From Halorutilales archaeon Cl-col2-1 (GTDB lineage: Archaea > Halobacteriota > Halobacteria > Halobacteriales > Afararchaeaceae), in assembly GCA_041891055.1 (NCBI GenBank), contig CP169074.1, forward strand, positions 672,001-736,000: 64,000 nt of DNA, in the 5' to 3' direction. Made by a program: the position numbers and the translations under genes. The first letter of the stretch is position 1; every line of letters starts with the position of its first letter. Under the pieces are notes generated by a model that saw only the letters and a list, made by a program, of their open reading frames with translations, had not been told where the DNA came from and searched no databases. This document shows, piece after piece, positions 58,121 through 64,000 of this stretch.

Positions 58121-58364
58121 AGAGACACTCAGTCTGGGTTAGCGCGCTGTCTGAGTGGCTACACTGTTGGATGTCTCGAAAATTCGCCCTTACGGTTGTA
58201 AATGTGACAAGAATGCCGCTTGGAGAGAGAATTGAGGTAGTTTCTGCTGACTAACTCGGCAAAATCCACGCATTACAACCCTGCTATACCTGTTGTAGTC
58301 TCAACTTCCCTATTGTTGAACAAATCCATGATGAGGTCGAATAACGACGATACTGACAGTGATG

Positions 58365-59093
58365 CTAAACCGACTTCGTGTTATTGACAGCGTCTTCTAG
58401 CAGACTCAGAAAATCATTATCGTATCGCTCGTCGACGTGATTCACATTCCAAAGACCGGATTCCCGAATCTCTCGACTACAACTGTATCGACCGAGCCAT
58501 CCATCGGCTCGCGAGTCAATTGTTTGCCCATCGAAATTGCTGAGGAGGGCAATAACATTCCGTTCGAGGTACGCTCGGTCGCTGTCAGCACTCGGTTCGT
58601 CGTCGAGATTCACCCAGAGAAACGGCTGTTCGCGGATGTACGCACTCACTCGTCGTTCGAGGATATACTCCTCCTCACGGACTTCTGACCGCTCACGCTC
58701 AATGCTTGACCAGCGTTTGTCCCAGTCGGGGTAGTCGTCGTGCAGGTCGTGCTTCTCGATAATCGCCTCTCCGACGCGCTTACGATATACAGAACCGCGA
58801 TGAGCGCCCCCATGAGGATGGTTGGAACTCCCGCTGCCTGTTCCGTAGTGTTGTTTCAGCCTATCCCAGAGCTATGTGCTGCTCCCCGCAGACACCGCGT
58901 GTGTCCCCACGCGAGTAACGCGCAACTGGTCAGTCGAGGCGCGTGTTTCGCCCGGTTCGAGGAAGAAGTAGACGCCGCGGTCAGGCCAGTCCATGTACCC
59001 GGTGCAATTTTTGAGTTTCCGTGTACCGTCGACTCGTTTCTCGAGGTCGTCGAGTAACCCATAGAAGCGGTCGAGGTCATCCTGACGGGCCAT
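58365..59093 (-). pseudogene. GIY-YIG-like nuclease with a single in-frame TAG at 58872-74
   Basis: RGVYFF...RVGT...*LWDRLKQH. Both track ORFs (58872-59093, 58365-58649) are in one frame and read through as about 242 aa. Confidence 0.7.
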
Positions 59094-59146
59094 ATGGTAG
59101 AACGTGCGAACCTTGATACTTCGAGGTTTGGAACAATCGTAGCAAT

Positions 59147-60157
59147 ATGGTTGAGCAAGCGTTCATGGTTCGCGCCGGGAACGATAACGAATTAGTCGAG
59201 GAATTCGAGTCGCGTTCTCTGGTCGCGGTTGGATGGGAGGACCTGGGGGACGTATCCGATGTCCGTTCATACGAGGAGATGAAAGCCCGATTCAATTCGA
59301 CCGACGAGTATTCCGAGCACAATAGCCGGCGTATCGCCCAGAGCGCGGGGCAGGTGAATCGATTTGCGTTTGAGATGGAAGAGGGGCATCTGGTTCTGAG
59401 CTACGACAAGACGGAACGCGAGTATCTCATCGGTGAGGTCATGAGTGACTACGAGTGGAAACCGAGCGACCACCCGCCAGGATATCCACACGTCAGGCGT
59501 GTCGACTGGAAGGATACTGTCTCTCGTGACGAGTTCACGACCTCGACGAAGAACACACTCGGGAGTACGCTAACGGTGTTCTCGCTCGACGACTGTATTG
59601 ATGAAATCACGGGCGTTCTAAGCGGGGAGACGCCCGATGAGAGCGAGGAGGAAGAGGACACCGTCCCATTCGTCGACGAGGTAGAGAACCAAGCAGACGA
59701 ACTCATCTCTGACATTCTGGCGAACATGAACCCGTTCGTCTTCGAGGAGTTGGTCGCCGCAGTCCTACGAGCGATGGGATACCACGCGAAGAAGACACGG
59801 GACAGCCAAGACCGAGGCATTGACGTGGTCGCTCATCCAGACTCGTTAGAGTTCGAATCGCCATACATCAAAGCGCAGGTCAAGAGGCAGCAATCGAAAG
59901 TGGGTTCTCCCGAGATGCAACAGTTCAGCGGAGCACTCGGGAATGGGGAACGAGGTTTGTTCGTGTCTACTGGAGGATACACCAGCGGAGCAAGGAGCGA
60001 GGCACAGAACGCCGAACAGCGGGTTACACTCATCGACCGGGACGAATTCATTGACCTCCTGATTCAGGACTACGACGACCTCGAATCCGAGTATCAGGCG
60101 ACGGTGCCGTTGAAACAGGTCTACATTCACTCGCAGGATCCTCCTCTTGAGGAATAA
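59147..60157 (+). CDS. Mrr-family restriction endonuclease with N-terminal recognition domain
   Basis: MVRAG...VAVGW N-domain; FEELVAAVL, DRGID, AQVKR, FVSTGGY. Confidence 0.88.
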   Translation: MVEQAFMVRAGNDNELVEEFESRSLVAVGWEDLGDVSDVRSYEEMKARFNSTDEYSEHNSRRIAQSAGQVNRFAFEMEEGHLVLSYDKTEREYLIGEVMSDYEWKPSDHPPGYPHVRRVDWKDTVSRDEFTTSTKNTLGSTLTVFSLDDCIDEITGVLSGETPDESEEEEDTVPFVDEVENQADELISDILANMNPFVFEELVAAVLRAMGYHAKKTRDSQDRGIDVVAHPDSLEFESPYIKAQVKRQQSKVGSPEMQQFSGALGNGERGLFVSTGGYTSGARSEAQNAEQRVTLIDRDEFIDLLIQDYDDLESEYQATVPLKQVYIHSQDPPLEE

Positions 60158-60186
60158 GATAATTCGACTATGATCGACGATAGCAG

Positions 60187-60810
60187 CTAAAAGAACTCGT
60201 TCATGATTCGGGTTCGCTCAGGAGAATCGATATTGTTGAAATGTTCTGTGTCAAGATGTTGTCCTGCATTCCATAAGTTCCCTAGGTTTGACGAGACTTC
60301 GTACTGGTCAACTGTATCTACATCTACGACGAATACTGATATCTGACTATTCGGAGTCACAATTAGTATGCCCTCCTCAATGCCTGTATCGTCTGGAAAT
60401 CCAGATATGTGATATGCCCCTTGTCGAAAGTCCTCGCCGGTCATCCCGAACTCGAATGCGATAAGAGAGTCGCCCTGTAGTTCCCCGAAAGGATTGAGAT
60501 ACTTAAACAGAGTATGAAGACGTCCTTGGTTTTCTTTGATTCTTACTCGGTCAGGGGTCAAGCGTGCTGAATAGCCCGTACCCGTGAAGTCGTCTAACTC
60601 ATATGCTCGAGACCCACCAATTACCTCGTCTATTTTCTGCTCTCGTTCAAATCGTGAATCAAGAACAGAATTCCGATGAGAAATATACTGAAGAACCAAA
60701 GACACCGTCGCAACAAAAATTGGTGCTGCTAGAAGTGCGGTTTCTGCACTAATACTTGTGAGACCTGAAAACAGCCCTGAGACGAATTGAAATATCTGCT
60801 CACAGACCAT
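60187..60810 (-). CDS. Hypothetical membrane-anchored protein
   Basis: AT-rich ORF with one N-terminal TM segment. Confidence 0.55.
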   Translation of the reverse strand: MVCEQIFQFVSGLFSGLTSISAETALLAAPIFVATVSLVLQYISHRNSVLDSRFEREQKIDEVIGGSRAYELDDFTGTGYSARLTPDRVRIKENQGRLHTLFKYLNPFGELQGDSLIAFEFGMTGEDFRQGAYHISGFPDDTGIEEGILIVTPNSQISVFVVDVDTVDQYEVSSNLGNLWNAGQHLDTEHFNNIDSPERTRIMNEFF

Positions 60811-60936
60811 ACATATGAAGAAAGCACAACCCAACTCTACTTACCATTGTCTCTCTCGATGGGACAAACAGAATTACGGACTGAGCGTACTCTATAGCCG
60901 CGCTAAACACATTCACTATGGATAGATTGTGAGTCG

Positions 60937-60959
60937 TGAGTGCCGAGGTCTCATCTTTC
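60937..60959 (+). repeat. att site (right junction; displaced 3' end of the sRNA gene)
   Basis: TGAGTGCCGAGGTCTCATCTTTC; its GGTCTC can pair with the sRNA 5' GAGGCC. Confidence 0.85.
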
Positions 60960-60965
60960 CATGTC

Positions 60966-62153
60966 TCACTGATTAGTAGACACTATCTCTATCACGTCGC
61001 GGTGATCTAATACTGTGTCGGCTCCTACCTGTCGGTCGTTGCGGCAGTCGATTCCGTGTAGGAATCCCTCTCCTATGTCCGAATGTAGATGGTAGGCGAA
61101 CTCCTCGGCTGTGGCATCCCCGGGTAGGAGGAAGCAGTCTCGGAAGGGCCCTTTCGTCCAGTCTCCCGAGGCAGAGCCGGGGAAGACCGCCTTGAGTTCG
61201 AGGACATCGAAGACTGCGGTTTCGAGTGATGTCTGTACACCCGTGCCGCCGTACTCGTCGACGAACTCACGTATCTGTTCGAGACCTTGCCTCTTCTTCT
61301 CGGGGAGCTCAGCCGTGATCTCGAAGGAGTCGTCGCCGGGTATGTACTCGACTGCTTTTTGTTCCTTCGCGTTCTTGAGTGCCTTCTCGGCGTGTGCGGA
61401 GACGGGGACGAAGTCGAGATGTTCGTACTCGGGATCGTCGGTGATCTCGTCCCAGTTATCCTGTGCCTCGGGTGTGTCCATCTTGTTCGCAGCTATGACG
61501 GTCGGCTTTGTCCTCTCACGTATCTCACGTGCGACTGTCTTCTTGTCGTCTTCGTCCCACGACAGCGGATCGACTTCGAGACCCACTGATAGTACCGCCC
61601 GTTTCACTCCTGCCGCTGAGATTCCAAACGCCGAGAGCTGTTCGGCGAGTACCTCCTCGGGATCGGGGTTCGACATCTTCTGGCTCTCGTACCTCTCGAT
61701 GCCCTTCTCGAGTATGTCGAGGTACCACGCGTCGAGCTCTTCTTCGAGGAAGTCGATGTCTTGCCTCGGGTCGTGACCCTCTGTGGCTTCGCCCTCGGGA
61801 TCTGTCTTACCCGAGAAGTCGACGACGTGTATCAGAACGTCAGTCTCGTTGAGGTCGGTGAGGAACTGGTTTCCGAGACCCTTTCCCTCGTGTGCCCCGG
61901 GGACGAGACCCGCTATGTCGACGAGTTTCACGGGGACAAAACGCGTGCCATTCTCGCACTTACCGACGGAGGGCTGACACTCCTCGTCGAACTCGGGGGC
62001 GGCACAGTCGGTGCGGACGTAAGCCTCGCCTATACTCGGGTCTATCGTCGTGAAGGGATACGCTCCCTCGGGGACGTCGTTCATCGTCGCGGCGTTGAAG
62101 AAGGTCGACTTGCCGACTGAGGGCTTGCCGACTAATCCGATTCGGTAGCTCAT
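60966..62153 (-). CDS. ychF: YchF/Obg-family ATPase
   Basis: GKPSVGKST, YPFTTI, DIAGLV, NKMD, C-terminal TGS domain. Confidence 0.93.
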   Translation of the reverse strand: MSYRIGLVGKPSVGKSTFFNAATMNDVPEGAYPFTTIDPSIGEAYVRTDCAAPEFDEECQPSVGKCENGTRFVPVKLVDIAGLVPGAHEGKGLGNQFLTDLNETDVLIHVVDFSGKTDPEGEATEGHDPRQDIDFLEEELDAWYLDILEKGIERYESQKMSNPDPEEVLAEQLSAFGISAAGVKRAVLSVGLEVDPLSWDEDDKKTVAREIRERTKPTVIAANKMDTPEAQDNWDEITDDPEYEHLDFVPVSAHAEKALKNAKEQKAVEYIPGDDSFEITAELPEKKRQGLEQIREFVDEYGGTGVQTSLETAVFDVLELKAVFPGSASGDWTKGPFRDCFLLPGDATAEEFAYHLHSDIGEGFLHGIDCRNDRQVGADTVLDHRDVIEIVSTNQ

Positions 62154-62260
62154 TAGGTACTCAGAGGTTCCGCGCGCCTAAACAGATTACTACACGGACG
62201 GCGTGTGGGACGCGTTTTCACAGTCCGTAACGGAGTCAGAAAAAGAACGACGACCTCGTC

Positions 62261-62632
62261 TTAGCTCTCCTGTGCGAAGAGGTAGAGCGCGACTACGATG
62301 AAAATGACCTGTGCTATCTTATCAGGAGCCGCGAAGGTCATATTGTTCATGCCAGTCTGAACCCAGCGTACTATCTGGATGAGTGTGAGAAGAGCGGCGA
62401 CGGGGTAGAGGTAACGGTTCCAGTACTTCGTCAGGAACCATCCTATCCCGATGTAGTAACCGACTCCAGCCGCTAAGAAGAGCCTACCCATCATCGCACT
62501 GAACTCCATGGCACCCGGGGCTAGAACCAGATGGATAGTACCCGATATAAAGGCGGTTATCACGGCAACCCATTCGAGGATATTTATCTCGTCGATACGT
62601 AACGCCGGCTGCGACTGGTTGGCCTGTGCCAT
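62261..62632 (-). CDS. Small four-TM membrane protein
   Basis: SGTIHL, DKIAQV; hydrophobic. Confidence 0.7.
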   Translation of the reverse strand: MAQANQSQPALRIDEINILEWVAVITAFISGTIHLVLAPGAMEFSAMMGRLFLAAGVGYYIGIGWFLTKYWNRYLYPVAALLTLIQIVRWVQTGMNNMTFAAPDKIAQVIFIVVALYLFAQES

Positions 62633-62943
62633 ATAACTGAATACATTAGACTCCCTACATATAAAATTAGTCGAGGTTCTAGAGACTTACCACAGTTTAA
62701 CTACACGGTTCTGGGTATCAGACGTATCCCGGAAGAAAAATGGCACGTGCTTAGCACTGTGTGGCACAGACGGAGTCCGAACCTTGGCTGGCGGTGCAAG
62801 CAGGTGAATCCGATGGGATCTGGCTGAGACTGGGGGCGTGAATACGAAGGCGACGGTATTCACAACTGTCTCAGCAGTTAGGCTTATACGTGGTTCTAAC
62901 TTTAGTCTTCGGCAAAATAAATTACAAAATACACCAAACTAAG

Positions 62944-63570
62944 TCACAGACGCGACATAATCTCAGATCGGCAGTCGTCGGCGACTTCGTTGACGGGTCG
63001 TGAGGCATCGACTACGACGAACCGCTCATCGCTAGATGCGATACTCATATAGTTGTCTCTGACCCTCTCTAGGAACTCGGTTCTCTCGTACTTCGCCGTC
63101 GCATGGGTTCTTTCGACCGCTGTCTCGGGATCTACGTCCAGAAGGAGGGTGAGATCGGGATAGACTGTCCAGCCATCGTGTACCGACCGTATCCATTCGA
63201 GGGGAGACTCAACTTTCCCCTGAAGCGAGACAGCCTGGTAGGCGAGACGTGAGTCTACGTATCTGTCGGAGACGACGAGTCTTCCGTCTTCTAGAGCAGG
63301 TTCGACGACAGAGTCGACGTGGTCGGCGTGGTCGGCGACGAATAAGAAGAACTCCGCCATCGGAGAAAGCTTTCTTTCGCCCTCGACAGAAGAGGTAACC
63401 TTCTCTCCTATCCAAGAGTCGGTGGGCTCCCGTGTGAAGACGGCGTCACAAACCTTCGGTTTGTGGGGTGCAGACGTCTCGCGTTTGCAACGTTCTTCGA
63501 AATACTCCGAGAGACGTCCTACGACAGTAGACTTCCCCGAACCGTCTATGCCTTCGATGCTCACGAGCAT
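62944..63570 (-). CDS. tmk: Thymidylate kinase with a 16-aa insertion
   Basis: EGIDGSGKST, TREP, SDRY, PDLTLLLDV. Confidence 0.93.
   Translation of the reverse strand: MLVSIEGIDGSGKSTVVGRLSEYFEERCKRETSAPHKPKVCDAVFTREPTDSWIGEKVTSSVEGERKLSPMAEFFLFVADHADHVDSVVEPALEDGRLVVSDRYVDSRLAYQAVSLQGKVESPLEWIRSVHDGWTVYPDLTLLLDVDPETAVERTHATAKYERTEFLERVRDNYMSIASSDERFVVVDASRPVNEVADDCRSEIMSRL
63444..63492. repeat. Double-hairpin micro-element, copy 3 (in frame within tmk)
   Basis: CGT-CACAAACC.TTC.GGTTTGTG-GGG-TGCAGACG.TCTCG.CGTTTGCA-ACG. Confidence 0.65.
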
Positions 63571-63607
63571 AGGTAAGAGTCGGCAAGACGTCTAATCGCG
63601 TTTACGG

Positions 63608-64000
63608 TTAAGTCTCGACGTCAGTTTCGGTGTCCGTGTCGGTACGAGTTACGTCCTCGGTCGACGCTTCCTTCCACTCGCCGATCCCTGCGGGGTCGAG
63701 ATGTATATGTACGTCACCGACAGAGTCGAGACTCTTGAGACTCCTGTATATCTCCGACTCTATGTCGTGTGCCTCCCTCAGACTATGGTCGGCGTCTATC
63801 TCGACGTGTGTCTCGACCTCTATCTTCGATCCGACGTAATGTGCGGTGAAGTCGTGTATTCCCCTGACCTCGGGATGGCTCCTAGCCACCTCGGCTATCC
63901 TTTCCTGTTCGTCATCGGGCGGCGCTCTCCCCGCGAGGTAGTCTATGTTCTCGCGCGATATCTCGATCCCCTGACGTACGACGAAGAGGCTGACCAACCC
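63608..64000 (-). CDS. Cation diffusion facilitator transporter, C-terminal part (starts beyond the window)
   Basis: V.GIHD...HYVG...HVEID...EAHDI...HIHLDP dimerisation domain. Confidence 0.88.
   Translation of the reverse strand, partial: GLVSLFVVRQGIEISRENIDYLAGRAPPDDEQERIAEVARSHPEVRGIHDFTAHYVGSKIEVETHVEIDADHSLREAHDIESEIYRSLKSLDSVGDVHIHLDPAGIGEWKEASTEDVTRTDTDTETDVET

Larger units (their letters stand above)
49018..58310. mobile_element. 9.3-kb cargo-carrying transposon with a single DDE transposase
   Basis: 7-bp TSD TATTGTT (49011-17, 58311-17); imperfect TIR CTGCAGTTGAGACT / AGTCTCAACTTCCC; the interrupted gene resumes in frame. Confidence 0.85.
45356..60959. mobile_element. Integrated element B (defence island, no integrase seen)
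   Basis: Flanked by a 23-bp direct repeat; nuclease-rich cargo; core genes resume 6 bp after the right repeat. Confidence 0.8.

Noticed and set aside
56373-58360. Stand-alone ISH3 element beginning CAG at 56373
   Set aside because: No matching inverted repeat or TSD at the right; the TIR/TSD pair at 49018 and 58310 explains the data better.
58872-58874. Pyrrolysine or programmed read-through of TAG
   Set aside because: No pyl genes in the window and not expected in Halobacteria; a point mutation is simpler.
62823-62880. H/ACA guide for 23S rRNA (CTGTCTCA complements a conserved UGAGACAG)
   Set aside because: The complementary bases lie mostly in the stem, no matching second pocket strand, and no clear ACA box or K-turn.
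63610-63660. Short repeats at the CDF transporter 3' end
   Set aside because: Low-complexity TD/TE acidic tail, typical of halophilic proteins.
1-64000. CRISPR array, tRNA or rRNA genes
   Set aside because: No regularly spaced repeats, cloverleaf or rRNA-like sequence seen by eye; the three att repeats are kilobases apart.

Overview
Chromosomal window from a halophilic archaeon (Halobacteria: acidic proteins, proteasome alpha, archaeosine RaSEA, C/D-box sRNA). Bases 1-39.3 kb and 61-64 kb are mostly core genes: 2-oxoacid dehydrogenase with lipoylation genes, moaC, psmA, carA, prs, pdaD, an arsR-permease unit, ychF and tmk. They also include a left-hand glycosylation/ABC-uptake/GMC-oxidoreductase cluster preceded by three DtxR-type palindromes, and an IS1341-type tnpB element splitting a psiE-like gene. 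Bases 39.3-61.0 kb form a two-part defence island bounded by three copies of TGAGTGCCGAGG. That repeat is the 3' part (D guide plus box D) of a C/D-box guide RNA matching the tRNA-Met C34 guide, so the integration site is a guide-RNA gene rather than a tRNA. The island carries an ApeA-like HEPN protein, an MNT-HEPN pair, a DUF262/DUF1524 nuclease, two Mrr-type nucleases, decayed integrases and an ISH8-like IS. It also holds a 9.3-kb single-transposase element (7-bp TSD) with a two-component system and poly-gamma-glutamate genes, inserted in the 3' end of a restriction gene. A ~50-bp Y-shaped double-hairpin micro-element occurs three times: in both tnpB-element ends and in frame inside tmk. All calls come from reading the sequence and recognising motifs; no searches were run.
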